From: Balanoglossus misakiensis
Lineage: Eukaryota; Animalia; Hemichordata
Length of the DNA: 64,000 nucleotides
Assembly (NCBI GenBank): GCA_040954595.2
Contig: CM082580.2
Coordinates: 4,454,783-4,518,782, forward strand
Direction of reading: 5' to 3'
In this document: piece by piece, positions 12,301-24,620 of the stretch
Position numbering within the stretch: the stretch's first letter is position 1
Layout of the letters: each line of letters begins with the position of its first letter
Translations under genes and position numbers: made by a program
The notes under the pieces: generated by a model
What the model was told of the DNA's origin: nothing
Databases searched by the model: none
Seen by the model: only the letters and a program-made list of their open reading frames with translations

Positions 12301-15300
12301 CCGGGAGGTATGTTCAAATGTCCTGAATCTTACTGCATACCGTTACATCGACGGTGCAATGGAATTCAAGACTGTCTAAACGGACATGATGAACATGATT
12401 GTGGTGAGTGTCCAAGGTTAAAAACACATCTCGTTTGTGATGAGATTTGTATGACTTAATTCATTTGATGCAAACTGTTGTTGACAGGTGGCAAGACACA
12501 CAAATTGTAATAAGGTCAAATCCTTTAATATCTTAAAGGCACGTAAGCTGTAACTTTTGGGATAATTTTCATAATTTTTGTTTCAAACTGCACTACCATA
12601 AGTCCATGCAGATGAAGGCAGTGAACTATACACAAGCATTATAAACCCTAAATATGAGTGCATATGCAAGTTTTAACCAGATAAATAATAAAGCTTTGCC
12701 GCAAGCGATTATGGCCGCCACCGTGGGAAAATGCAAGAAACAACGAAAATGATGCATTTCCGGTTATGAAACTTCATAAACAAAACATGATCTCATCCAC
12801 TTGAGCTCATGGAAGTAAATGTACACCGCTGAGACATTATATTTTCCCTTTTCATTGCAATATTGCACTTTTTTAAAATTTGCAGGAATTTTCGTTTTTC
12901 TTTAATATTTGGCCATTTTGTCATAAATAAGTGTTGAGCTTGATATATTATCATGAAATATCATTTAATAGACTTAATTATAAGCATATATGAGATTATT
13001 TAAAACTTTAATTTTTTATCCAGTTGCAGCTCATGTGCCTTTAAACAACAGATGAGTCGCCTGTTTCTTAGGCACCCTTACGTTCCCCAGTCTAGCTCAG
13101 AAATTATTTTTTTCTAGGAAACAAAACAAAGGTCAATAGGTGTATGTTCGTTCATCAAACATATCTGTATTACAATAGTTTGTTCTTTTCCATCTTGGCA
13201 GATTCTTACACCTGCCCTGGATACTTCCACTGCCACGATTCAAGACAGTGCATACCACTCACACAGAGGTGTGATGGGATAAAACAGTGTAAACATGGAG
13301 ACGATGAGCTCAGCTGCGGTAATTGTAAACATTACATTATGGGGCCTATTCGTGCATATGTATAACAAAGAGCCTTTAAACTGCCTAAAGTTTACAGATA
13401 AATGGTCACCTGTGCAGAATTAGTCAGTTTTCATGACAAGATGGCGTCTACCCATGCCTTACCATTAATTTGGATAGGCACGTACACACAAATAGGGCCC
13501 CACAACATGGTCATTCAAGGACTTAATGCTATGTTAACCATATGTGAATATATGTAAATTACACGTGACCGTATACCCTAGACCCAAGACAGGTGGAGTT
13601 ACATATGTTCCATCTAAATACATATGTGGGCAGTCCAATCCAAAACTTTAGATTCTTAGCATAAGCTTTTTCTTATTTGCAGGTGGCAGTTGCCCTCTAG
13701 GGTGTCGTTGTTATGGACATGTTGTCTTCTGTGAAAACAGTCTCATGGAAGATTTACCACCAACTTTAGGGAATGTGAGAAAATTGTAAGTTCTTTCTCT
13801 CTTCAGTTATCGACAAAGATGGCCTATTGTATTTGCTATTTGTTTAATAACAGAACTTAGACTTGTGCGAAATTCGATAAATTTTGCATGTACATTGAAC
13901 TTTTATTTTAATTTGATTGGTAACCGTCTGTCCGTTATCGAATGTATTCATTATATCTTCATATGTATTCTTACTGCCCCATCACAGGAACTTTACTGGA
14001 AACAACCTCAAAATATCATACATGGTCTTCAATCATTTTCCATTTATGGCTGAATTGTAAGTAAATCCTGATACTAACATCACAAATGTACGCTACTTTA
14101 AGTTGTTACATGTACGGTACAGGGATCTATAGTATTGGATGTTTACACATACCCTTTCAGGTACCTATAGCAAACACTTTATGTACTACTCAGCCATAAT
14201 TTTGTCACTGATTTTTTTCACACAGTGATTTGTCTAACAATTCCATAGATGACATTCCTGCCGTAACTTTTCGTCATCTTAGCAACCTGCAGATTTTGTA
14301 AGTATCACTTTATCACAAAACTATGCTTACACAAAACAAGTTTTGTGAAATTTTGCTTAAACTGTAATCTCTTATTGCTTCTTGTTATCAATGTCATAGG
14401 AATCTTAATGGAAATAAACTAAGACAACTTTATAGACACACATTTCTTGGATTGCAGCGGCTAAAGAAACTGTAAGTTATGACAATTTCACGTTTCAATA
14501 TATGTTTCATGGGTGTTAATCATACGTTTCGAATGACATAACATTTTACTCTATAATATAATATAATTTTGGTCTCACTACCCTCTATCCTCGATACTAT
14601 GTGTTACTATATTTATTATATCTTCTCGGTTGTAAGATGTCTTACCCAGGTGTTTGTACTATTTTCTCGCAGTTACCTTTCGGGAAACGCCATCAGTAAG
14701 ATATTTGAGGGTGCATTTGAAGGACTGAAAAACCTGCACGAGTTGTAAGTATGCCAGTTTGTTATCGTAATAAAGTGACTCTATTCTATACAAAATAATA
14801 AAGTAGCTGCAGCAAGCCCCAAAGCATTACAGTGCAATGCTTAAATACTTACTTACATTGCATTAAAATCTTAAGAAATCATTGGGATCAATTAAATGTG
14901 GAAAGTAAGGAATTTAGCTCAATTCTAACATTTGTTTTCTTTCAAAGAAAAAAAAACGGAATAGTATAAGTGTGTCCGATAATCCGAATTCCCAAAATCT
15001 GCACCCAGCTGCTCTAACTTTCAGGATTGTATAAGACAAATATGCCAGTTTTGATGAGATAAATGAATGCAGGCCTACATGCATGTGTGTACATTGAAAT
15101 GTGTAAATTGAAATGGGATGGGCCCTGTCACATTGTTATATGGCACTTGACTTGTTTTGAAATAACTAAATACATTTGCTGACAGCAAATATAAGTGAAA
15201 TGTTTGATGTACAATTATAACATCTGAATCCAGTTCTCCAGTTGAATCCAGTTATCACATCACATAATACAATAATAATAATATTATTAGTATGATTTGG

Positions 15301-17940
15301 ACCTGGCTTGATGCCATATTATTTAGAGTACCGGGTAATACTCAAGACCGGTTAGTGAAATTGCCAAAAAATACAATGCAAACAAGTGGAATAAACCTGT
15401 CCTCAAAAGAGCAAAGGCATCAAACATATTCTACGACCTTCATGAAAGCATAACAAAACTGTGTGTATTTTTTCTTGTAGAGATTTGACTGGCAATAGCT
15501 TTGTCGTTGATAGTGATGTACTGTTTCGTCCACTGAATAGCTTGCAGAAAATGTAAGTTTGACTCTGTTAATTAAAAATATTTCAAAGACTGTATTTATT
15601 TCTACTTGAAGACAAAGAACGTAAAATATACTGTTAAATATCTTTGGATCATTTTTCTCAATATAATAAACAACAGAATGTGTTGGTGCGAAAGTAAAGA
15701 CGTCAAAACCCATTCTTAATATTGGTATGCTTGTGGATTGTCCTTTCTTCAATTAATATGATCTAATACGGTACAACACGTTTTCGACAAGGGTTCCCCT
15801 TTATTTGAAACATCCTACTGAATACGTGGGTTAAGCTTTTCATATCAAACAAAATGTCACAAAAAAGAGACTTTGTTCATTTAACATTATTCATCATTCG
15901 AAAGTCTCATGGTGACAGTAAGTTAACGTATGGGTAGTTGTCGTTGTTAACATATGTTTCTTCTACCTCAACAGATTCACCGATGCTTTTATGTATTGTT
16001 GTATGGTCAGATCGTATCATCAAGTTGAGATCTGTACGCCACCCGGCGATGCATTCTCGTCTTGTGAAGATCTTATGGCTAACAATGTTCTGCGGGTTTT
16101 CATTTGGATCCTTGGCACTTTTGCTCTTACCGGCAACGCATTTGTCATCTTCTGGCGGATGAAACAGAAAGATTTGAATAATATACCTACTTTCTTGATT
16201 TGGAATTTGGCTATTTCCGATTTCCTGATGGGTCTATACTTGATTGTAATAGCCTCAATGGATATGTACTACCGTGGGGTCTATGTAAGATTCGATGAAA
16301 CATGGCGCAATTCGCGTCTGTGTCATTTTGCTGGTTTCCTAGCGACCCTTTCTAGTGAAGCTTCCGTCTTCGTTTTAACCTTAATAACAGTGGACAGGTT
16401 TCTTAAGATTGTCTTTCCACTCCGGTTCATGGTCATCAAGTTCAAATATGCTGCTGTGCTGACGGTGTTTGTATGGATTGTCTGTCTGGTCGTCAGCTTG
16501 TTACCACTGTTTAATATAATCTCGTACTTTGGTGACAACTACTATGGTCGGTCCCCTGTATGTCTCTCCTTACATTTGACAAACGAGCAAACACCTGGCT
16601 GGGAATACTCAGTCACACTTTTGTTCCTGAATTTCGTTTCCTTTGTGGTTATTTCTGTTTGCTATTTGGTGATGTATGTCGTCATAGAGCGTACTGAGTC
16701 AGCCACTGGCGCCCAGTCCCGCCACAAAGCTAAGGAAGCATCCATTGCCAAACGAATGACGTTGATTGTGTTGACCGATTTCTGTTGTTGGGTGCCGATC
16801 ACTGTCATGGGAATGTTGGCTCTCTCAAACACAGTCACAATTCCGGGTGTTGTCTATGCGTGGACAGCAGTATTCATCCTCCCCGTCAACTCAGCTGCAA
16901 ACCCTGTACTGTACACGATATCAGTTATCAACTCCAACAGGAAAGCCAAGGCAGAAAAAAGTCTGAAATCCAGAGAGACTTTCTCACAGCGAACTGATCC
17001 AACGGGTAAAACTAAAACAATGTTTGTATTTACGTCTGCCTTTCAATCTGCCAAATATTGCATTTCATTGTTCATTGCAAGAAATTTCAACTGTACTGAT
17101 TTTCAATTGTGTGACAGTTTCGTCAAAAAGGGCTATTTTGATATGGTATCAGGCAATATAATTTAATTTATACAATAAAAAGCATTTTTGAGATTATTGG
17201 TGATATAAACAGTTTAACAAATTTTATTTAGTTGTAGTTCATGGGTCTTTAAGAATAGAAACACATACCGGTAGCATTCAAACATATGCTGAAATAACAT
17301 GATTTCCTTCCCTTTTTGTAGTATTGTTCTTTCAGAACCAGTTACCGAAGAGTCACACGATTCCATTGCTAGCTTTGAACTATGTGCCTCTGTTGAATCA
17401 TATCAAAACATCTCCCAAGGATTTGCGGATCAAAGATGTCTATGTTGTCGCCAGTGACATCGCTGCTGCACTGAATTTCCTCCATAGCAGGGGTATCTTG
17501 CACAACAATGTACGAGAAGAAAATATCCTGGTAACAATGCATGATGATGTAAGTTATAGGTTATTAAATGAAACACAGAGGAGATTCACATTGCTTTTAG
17601 GGCACCATGTTTCAATTTGTTTTGTTTCTGTCAGGAAGATTGTTATTGGTTATTAAGTGATACAGTGAGGAGATTCACATTTCTTCATTCTTGAATGTTC
17701 AAATTATCAATAAACAGGAGCACAGAGTCCTTGAATCTCATTTGATTGTTTTTTTTTTACCAGAATACCATCAACCAAGCTTTCCTGTCTGATGTCAGCA
17801 AATCAAAGATTATGGAGAAGGTAGGCGAAAAAATAGCCTACAGTAAAGACATAACAGCTTATGGAAGATTATTGTCGCGACTTATTGATTGTGTGAAGGA
17901 AAATCAGAAATTGGACAAGGAGATGCATAAATTAATTTAA
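312..17940 (+). CDS. GRL101-like multi-lectin LDLa-LRR GPCR, copy 1 (5'-partial, spliced, about 32 exons in window)
   Basis: GT-AG exons splice in frame. They encode cbEGF (741-869, [18 protein letters not shown]), a C-type lectin (1272-1966), CUB domains (3143-4443, 6794-7187, 7879-8295), a QPD C-type lectin (8484-9448), seven LDLa repeats (10312-13318), LRRNT and five 69-72 nt LRR exons (13683-15552), a hinge + rhodopsin-type 7TM exon (15975-17005; [12 protein letters not shown]) and tail exons 17322-17548 and 17764-17940. Confidence 0.9.
914..1125. mobile_element. Truncated half-copy of the same TTAA MITE family
   Basis: ttaa-agggacaaagtctctctctcgctgccc left arm only; also present in copy 2. 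Confidence 0.7.
5570..6667. mobile_element. Non-autonomous insertion with a terminal 200-bp hairpin, 14-bp inverted repeats and an ATAAT direct repeat (Crypton-like, tentative)
   Basis: Absent from copy 2, where the empty site is gtcgcATAATgtgtg at about 38745. Palindrome at 5565-5764; attattgcatatgt (about 5760) pairs with acatatgcaataat (6654-6667); internal 2-copy repeat of about 200 bp at 5922-6320. Confidence 0.75.
12537..13040. mobile_element. TTAA-flanked non-autonomous DNA transposon (Kolobok-type MITE)
   Basis: TTAA-aggcacgtaagctgtaact ... agttgcagctcatgtgcct-TTAA, i.e. imperfect TIRs with a TTAA target duplication. The region is missing in copy 2. Confidence 0.75.
15975..17005 (+). 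other. Hinge + 7TM exon of GPCR copy 1 (LGR/GRL101 type)
   Basis: [20 protein letters not shown] hinge, seven hydrophobic segments, [21 protein letters not shown] and NSAANPVLY. Confidence 0.95.
17322..17940 (+). other. Degenerate protein-kinase C-lobe fragment in the cytoplasmic tail of copy 1
   Basis: [28 protein letters not shown] (alphaE + catalytic loop), [10 protein letters not shown] (DFG position) and [11 protein letters not shown] (alphaF). It is in frame with the 7TM via donor 17005 and acceptor 17322. Confidence 0.75.
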
Positions 17941-18004
17941 GGGAATATTCAATCACATCACACGTATACACAGTCATAGATTTTGTTTCCTTCTTCAAAT
18001 TCGA

Positions 18005-18450
18005 GTATTACTTATTAAGTGTATAATCATCATATGCTGAATGTCGCCTTGAAAGAATTTTAACAATATTTGTAGCACTTTGGCATACTTCTTGTATTAT
18101 TCTTTCAAATAATTATTGAAACCTACGTGTGTATCTCTCCTTTAGAATGTATAACTTATATTAGTATTTAGAATGTATAACTTATATTAGTAATAATACA
18201 AACAGGTTTGATTGTTAATTTTACTTTTTAAGTGATAATTCTCATATGCTGAACATCGCCTTGAAAGAATTTGAACAAAATTTGTTATGTAGCACTTTGG
18301 CATACTTCCTATATTTATCTTTAAAATATTAAAATATATGTGTGTATGTGTATCTCTTTAGAATATATAATTAATAATCGTCATATGCTAAATGTCATCT
18401 TGATTGAATTTTAACAATATATTTGTCATGTGGCACTTCATCAGAGTATA
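18005..18450 (+). repeat. AT-rich tandem repeat downstream of the copy 1 stop, about 3 units
   Basis: catatgctgaa..tcgccttgaaagaattt recurs at about 18031, 18243 and 18382. Confidence 0.75.
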
Positions 18451-18542
18451 TAATTACTATTAATAATATTATTAAAAATGAATTGGATTTCATAAAAAAA
18501 TTACACTTATAATATTTATGGTCTGGTCAGGAATAATAATTT

Positions 18543-18991
18543 TTGGCCTTGGCACTGACTTACAGGCGAGAAATATTTGCAACATACGACGGTGACGACA
18601 ACAACACAGCAAACAGACATGGTGCCTATAGGCAGTGTGTTATGTGGCAGTATGGCCATTTCGGTGCATGACACTATGTGGTGATTCAAAATTGCTGTGT
18701 ATGAGACCCTAGGAGCTACTGAGAAACTCTAGCTGACGGCAACCACCTCACGGGCACAATAGAATTTCTGCACCAAATCAGCAAAATTATGTCATTCTTT
18801 GATGATAACTGAGAAGTTAACTGTTGGCCTAGGCACTGACATACAGACGAGAAATATTTGCAACATATGATGATGATGAGAACAACACAGCAAACAAACA
18901 TGATGCCTATAGGCAGTGTGTTATGTGGCAGCATGGTCATTTGGGTGCATGACACCATGTGGTGATTCCAAATTGCTGTGTACCCTAGGAG
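18543..18991 (+). repeat. Two-copy direct repeat of about 170 bp (period about 280 bp) at the duplication boundary
   Basis: ttggcc.tggcactgac..cgagaaatatttgcaacata..tgcctataggcagtgtgttatgtggcag occurs at about 18543 and about 18823. Confidence 0.8.
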
Positions 18992-20235
18992 ATATGTGTC
19001 TTTAATCAGGATTTTTGGTAAGGAAGGTTTGAGAAGTGCAAGACAAAACCCAGTAGATGTATATATTGTTATATGATACATAAAAATATATGTCCGAAGA
19101 GTAAGCAAAGCCTCACGTAAGGCCAAAACAAGCTTATTTAGCACTTGGGGTTTGATTTGAGGAGAGGACATCTTTTCCAGACAAATTGAACAATGCCCTT
19201 TAACATCACAATATTCTTAACTGCATCTGAAAATATACCTCCAAAAATTAAACATGGATGATGGCGAGACTGACATAATAATTAGCCTCATGCGGCATGT
19301 TGGTTGGCGGTCGGAAGAGACTAGTCAATTAGTATACAAAGTTGTCAAATGTAATGTTGGTTCAGTATCCAGCTTGTAAGCTTGTTGAAACAACAACCAA
19401 AAATCAAGATGTCTTATAGAATTATGAAACAACTGAGAAGTTAATGGGTTTCAAGTTGGCCTTTGACTTATTGTGTATGTATAATTGTTAAGGGATCAAA
19501 TCATGTATTTTACAGAAAGAATGAATGAAATAAAATAAGGTTTGGTAATCTAACTTGGTGTTTTGTATTGATAAATTTTTTTCTATATGAACGCTTGATA
19601 GGTGTGAATGAATTGCATGAAAAGTGGTTTGGATAGGAAAGGTATATAGGAATGGGGTTAAGTGAATAAGTGGTAAGGGGTGTACACTGTATGAAATGGA
19701 AAGCCGGAACAATACCCGTATTCCCAATCCTTAACTATAGGCTATATTCATGAGCGGTGTGATTAGGCTTTCAAAGCCCAATCACGCAGCGATATAATTA
19801 CGCCAGGTGTTGAGTGGCATGAATATTTATTAGATGAAGAAGAGTATAAAAGAAAGAAGTTCCAAGGCATTTGTGTCATTCCTCGCACACATAGGGCCAG
19901 GTTGCCGTAGGAACGGTATAATAATGGAGAAGTTTGGAAGGGCAGTAGGAAAGGTACAAGCAAGGAATCAGGAGTGTTTCCCACCCACTAACTCTTAAGA
20001 GGGTTTAATCCTTCTTGCAGCTGTATCACGAAACATCCAGGCTTCCCTGCAGTATGTTAGAACAAGTGGGTTTTGCGAACGGATTAATTATTACCAGTAC
20101 AGACAGCAATACGGAGCCAGAAGTGAGGATGAAAATACACATGAATTATTTTGATGGTTCCATAAAATATTGCAGAGATACCTTATTATTTACATGTCTT
20201 TAACAATTAACGTGTTCTAATAAATTTAGGATTAG

Positions 20236-20430
20236 GTGTTGAAGTACGTACTGGTGTTAAATAAACTCGCGCTAGCTTCTCAACAGGTAAATATATACAG
20301 TGGTGTATTTAATGCCACAGCAAGATGTACCTTCATGGAGTGCAGCCAGTTCAACGGGTTTTATTCTTGCCCATACAATTTGATACCAGGAGAGACAGTT
20401 CGAACAAGCGTCAATGGCACGACATAGGTT
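20236..20430 (+). mobile_element. Decayed CACTA/EnSpm-like transposase fragment
   Basis: ATARCTFMECSQFNGFYSCPYNLIPGE resembles the AR..QFNG.YGC..C..PG motif of CMC-EnSpm transposases. Confidence 0.55.
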
Positions 20431-20739
20431 TTCCGTTTAATCGGGATGAAAAAGTGGCAAAAATTACAACGGTTGAAAATACTGCCTGTTCCAGTAAAAC
20501 TTTTAAAAATAACGCAGAATTACCCAAACAAAGCAAGTGACATTGCCTGCCACTATAGCAAGTGGGCAAAATTAAACCGCCGTCTGGCAACAATACTTAT
20601 TGTAAGTACAGTAGTAAAAAATAATAATGACTGTGATGATAAGCCAGAAGAAAACAATGAGCCGCAACCAGTGAAATTGACTTCCGATGCACTTTGATTG
20701 ATTGGTGACATCAAGAAGTTTGCCCTAGACAAGCACCCT

Positions 20740-21130
20740 CAGATCATCGGAAGCGTCGTCGGCACCTGTACAGGTAATAAAGCATGCGAGAAGCTGGTAA
20801 CAATAATCACAAACAAGACGCTGTGTAAAGATGTACAGAAACTCTCCCCCGTTACCAAACCTATGGCCAGGAAAGTTTCCACAGCTTGGTGAATCACTAA
20901 ATTTGCACCAAAGATGTTGACTTTCTTGTACCACTGTAAGTCATCAAGGTTACTAACTCAATTCTTACTTTTATCAAAATATCTAACAGAGTAACTTATT
21001 CAATTGGGAAAGTGTGCTCTTCAAAAATAAGATAAGACATCACAAGATTACATTTGTATCATTTTTCCATATTTTCCTTCCAGATTGTTACTTGCTGCCG
21101 TGCATTATAACGAAAACCACAGAAAAAGCC
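20740..21130 (+). mobile_element. Decayed Kolobok/Mutator-like transposase C-terminal fragment
   Basis: CEKLVTIITNKTLCKDVQKLSP, then frameshifted ESFHSLVNH..FAPKM, then RLLLAAVHYNEN after an intron-like gap. Confidence 0.55.
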
Positions 21131-21219
21131 AGGCATGGAATTTCAGTTTTGCTTGCAAATTCTTTCTAGTAATTATATATTTATTTATGTGTATAAAATC
21201 TGTGTTTATGTTCTATTAG

Positions 21220-21540
21220 GATGTTGCAGATGAAGACGTTCACCAAATCCTGAAAACTAATGAATGTGAAGCTTCTCACATACGGGCGTTAACAATCTCA
21301 GGACAGCTCAGTGGGCTGTACATTGTGGGAGATACTAGGCACATCAGAATAGAACCAAAAGAAGGGATTATGTCTGCTGTAGTTAAACTACTTGCTACTT
21401 ATTATATATTTGATTTAGCGTATCCTCAAACTCATGCCATGATCCTAGGACTCCTGCAGTCATTTATCATGCAGGAGCCCATCAAGCAAAAGGTTATTCA
21501 ACACAATATTTATGTCGCCAGAAGCTATTGCTGGAAATAA
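21220..21540 (+). mobile_element. Transposon accessory-ORF-like fragment (CACTA-associated type)
   Basis: AVVKLLATYYIFDLAYP..ILGLLQ resembles accessory proteins of animal CACTA-like elements (recognised from memory). Confidence 0.4.
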
Positions 21541-21706
21541 GAAGTTTGTCATTTCTGTTTGAAATGGATGTTAGTTTTGCTGAGATATACTGCAAATCAG
21601 TCTGTCTCCCAGCCATCAACAAGATATTGCTGTAAGATTTAATGTATCTCAATCTACAGTGTCGCATAAATCTTACCTGGGGTAATTTTCTTTATTTTCA
21701 ACTAGG

Positions 21707-22287
21707 TTCTCTTCCCATATGGCCAAGTGGAGCGAAGATTGATAAGTGCATGCCTAAATGTTTTTGAGATATTTATCCATCTACACGCGTTATTTTAGAT
21801 TGCACAGAAGTGAAAGCAGAAACACCTTCCTCTTAATTTTGAATTTTATTCTAACTACAAGAGCATGACAACTTTCAAAGGTCTTGTTGGCATTACTCCT
21901 TCAGGTTTTTTCGTTTTTCCGAGTTCTGTTTTTGGTCGACCAGTACATGCAGGTTCAATTTCTGATAAAGAAGTTATTATAAACACAGTGGCATTATTAG
22001 TTTGTGTGAGCCAGGGGACAGTGTGATGGCAGACAAGACAAGGGTTTTGGAATGTCACTCTCAATAAACCACCTTTCCTTATACTGCTACAAGAATGCGG
22101 TTCACTACAGGTGAAGTGGAGGAGACCCAAGAGATTGCCTGTGTGTGAATTTAAGTGGAGTGTGCCATCAGACGAGTTAAAATACCATATTTTTTATTCT
22201 GTTTTACCACTAAGCCTGACTGGTTCAGCAACACAAATTTTGACCGTTTCTTGTTTGCTCACCTTATTCAAAGGGCCATTGCTCTGA
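21707..22287 (+). mobile_element. Decayed Harbinger/ISL2EU (DDE_Tnp_4) transposase
   Basis: WP..MPKCF*DIYPSTRVILDCTE, YSNYKSMTTFKGLVGITPSG, GSISDKE, GDSVMADK, PPFL and VECAIRRVK across several frameshifts and stops. Confidence 0.8.
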
Positions 22288-23242
22288 TGTTCAGTAATAT
22301 GATGCAATAACCGTTGAAACCATCAAAGCCGATTAGTGTAACCCTAAAGGTGTAACCTGTATGTTTTCATGCATGATCAAATATAATCCAAACTTGTCTT
22401 TTATAGGTATTTTTATATCAACTGTCATGAGTATCCCATGAACAGATTTTCAACATGATGAAAACACATAGTTGGTATGTGCCATGTATGTACTACACAT
22501 GTAGTAAGTTGAAATGAATTATGACCGAGCATTTGAAAACATGGAGTGGGGCTAATGCTGAGCTCAGAGAGCAGTACTTGCTGCCCTGCATTGGCGAAAT
22601 AAAGAGAGAAAATAAAACTAACAATACCAAAGCCAAAGAGAAAGACAGATAATGCTTTGCTTCAAGTATCAAAACAACAAATGCGGTCCAAAAATACAGT
22701 TAACACAGTAGAATGCAGCTGGAAAATCTGTGTACAACCCAATGACAAAATCAAAAACAAGATGCACCCCAACTCACTATGACATAAGTGGCGGCAAATC
22801 CATAAAATCATCAGGTTGATGTACATTGGACACCTCCACAGACCGCCCTGGAGTTTTATCAACTTCTGTTTGTTCACCTTGTGGGAAACTAATTTCACTG
22901 TTGACCAAAGTCTCTGTGGTACTACAGTGCACATGCGAAGTAAAATCAATAACGCTATTCAACAATATAGCAACAATGTATAAGAACAATGGAAGCAACG
23001 CCCACGGAAAGTCCACAGCTGCAAATCGCAGACTGAACGATCAAGCAGCACAAATTTTATCCCACCGCTGCCACACATTTAACGGAAATAATGTCGGACA
23101 GAGGTCCCAAAATTGTCAAGGCCAACTCACAGCCAACTCAACGGTAGCGTAACCGTAGCACGATCGAGCCTTGACGACGTGGACCGGTCCGTTACAAGTC
23201 CTGGGTCGTGCTGGGAAAATGCAGTACATGTACATGTATACA

Positions 23243-23324
23243 TAGCTCTGGACTTATGCGCTGTTTGGGTCTACGATGCTACGGAGAGCAGCGTAGACCC
23301 AAACAGCTCATAAGTCCAGAGCTA
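23243..23324. repeat. Isolated near-perfect 82-bp hairpin
   Basis: tagctctggacttatgcgctgtttgggtctacg ... cgtagacccaaacagctcataagtccagagcta. Confidence 0.9.
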
Positions 23325-23734
23325 ATGTATTCACTGCTCACCCTCTGACCTGAGCGTTGCGCTCACACAAATACCAAGAAAAACCTCGGAATTACGATTC
23401 GTAACTATACAATTAAACCTCCCAGAGGTGTCAAAGAAAGTGTTCCCACTGACGTGGAGAAAGGTTTGAACGAAAATAAAAGAAAGATAGAGGTAAAGTA
23501 CGAATTCATATCACCACAGCCGAGAGCACAATGCTTATAGTTCAACCGCCATGTCTAAAGTCCTGTGGACATGTCGAGAAGAGTCACTTTACATACAGCA
23601 AGCCCACGTGATACAAGCTCCGCCCCCGATCATGGACAATTGACAGTTTCTCCTGCTACAGGGTGTCTCAGCCTGAGAATCAGGAAAAGGCGTGGTTCAG
23701 ACCCTCAGTACTATTTTGAACATGGATCAAGCAA

Positions 23735-24030
23735 AAAATTGACCGGCTTACTATTTCGAACAGCCCACTATGTTGCTAAACACGAGAAACCATTTACCAT
23801 TGCTGACACTTCAGAAAGCCAATAAGTTAGACATCGGAAACACCTATCGACAAACGTTAATTTTTAAATTATTCGCCACGTCGGTGAATCAGTGCGACTA
23901 GACATGGTGAAGGAAATCGAGGACAGTGCATGACCTTTTAAGAAGAGGAAATTGTTTAAGTTCGAATTTTGGAAGATTCTCGTCCCGTGACGAAATTTCT
24001 TAGCTTACAGGCCACAGCAAAGCCTTCTTC
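23735..24030 (+). mobile_element. Decayed hAT (ZNF862-like) transposase fragment
   Basis: LLFRTAHYVAKHEKPFT and downstream EEEIV*VRILEDSRPVTKFLSLQ. Confidence 0.6.
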
Positions 24031-24149
24031 CAGAATTACTTCAGTTGGCTCTTCACCAGACAGAGTGACTTGCCAGACGCCATTGATTTGTTTTCTGCAA
24101 GCATACTTCTTGGTGACGTTGGTGCGACAAAGTCAGATTTCAAGGTGAT

Positions 24150-24620
24150 ATGCTTGCCCGGCAATACCATTGAACAAACTACGTATGTATCTTCGCGAGA
24201 ACGAGATTGTGAACTTGCATCCCAACGAAATTGTTTTGAACACTACGGTGCAGCATCAGGCTCACGAGTTTTAATCTGAAAATGACTGAAATGCTTGGGA
24301 TAGGTAATCATAGATGGCACACTACCTCGCCCCTTTCTATCAAAATTAATGATCAATGTATCACCATCCTAGGTATTATACTTGACAATGATCAAAAAGT
24401 GGTACATAGCTGTAATTGGTCGAACATATTACCAATGATACAACGGTTATTAAAAACCTGGTCCACCTGTAAACTTTCCATTGTAGGCAAATCTTTAATA
24501 AATTTTTAATAAACTCACTTGTGACATATACACTAATGGTACTGTGTGGCTGTCTTTGCCCTGCCTAGCCACTGTATTAAAACCTTAATATCAGCAATTT
24601 CTTTTGGAATCAGAGAAGCC
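24150..24620 (+). mobile_element. Decayed L1/Tx1-type reverse transcriptase fragment
   Basis: FEHYGAASGSRV, KMTEMLGIG, ITILGI and NWSNILPMIQRLLKTW..LSIVGKSLI are typical of the post-YADD region of L1/Tx1 ORF2. Confidence 0.65.

Larger units (their letters stand above)
1..18535 (+). repeat. Segmental/tandem duplication unit 1 (paralogous to about 31935-50930)
   Basis: Position 1 (caactcttgcagggtac) matches 31935. Exons and introns align collinearly until ttatggtctggtcaggaataat (about 18535) versus ttatggtccggtcgtgaataat (about 50930). Confidence 0.95.

Noticed and set aside
17118-17152. 35-nt micro-exon with a GC donor linking the 7TM to the kinase-like exon
   Set aside because: The same frame contains TAA in copy 2, and the exon is unnecessary given the 17321 acceptor.
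17006-17166. ORF-track extension of the 7TM ORF (GKTKTMFVF...SGNII-stop) as the true C-terminus
   Set aside because: A donor at 17005 and a strong in-phase acceptor at 17321 lead into the kinase-like exons, so this is more likely intron. It is not fully excluded, since 3 of 4 inter-copy changes here are synonymous in that frame.
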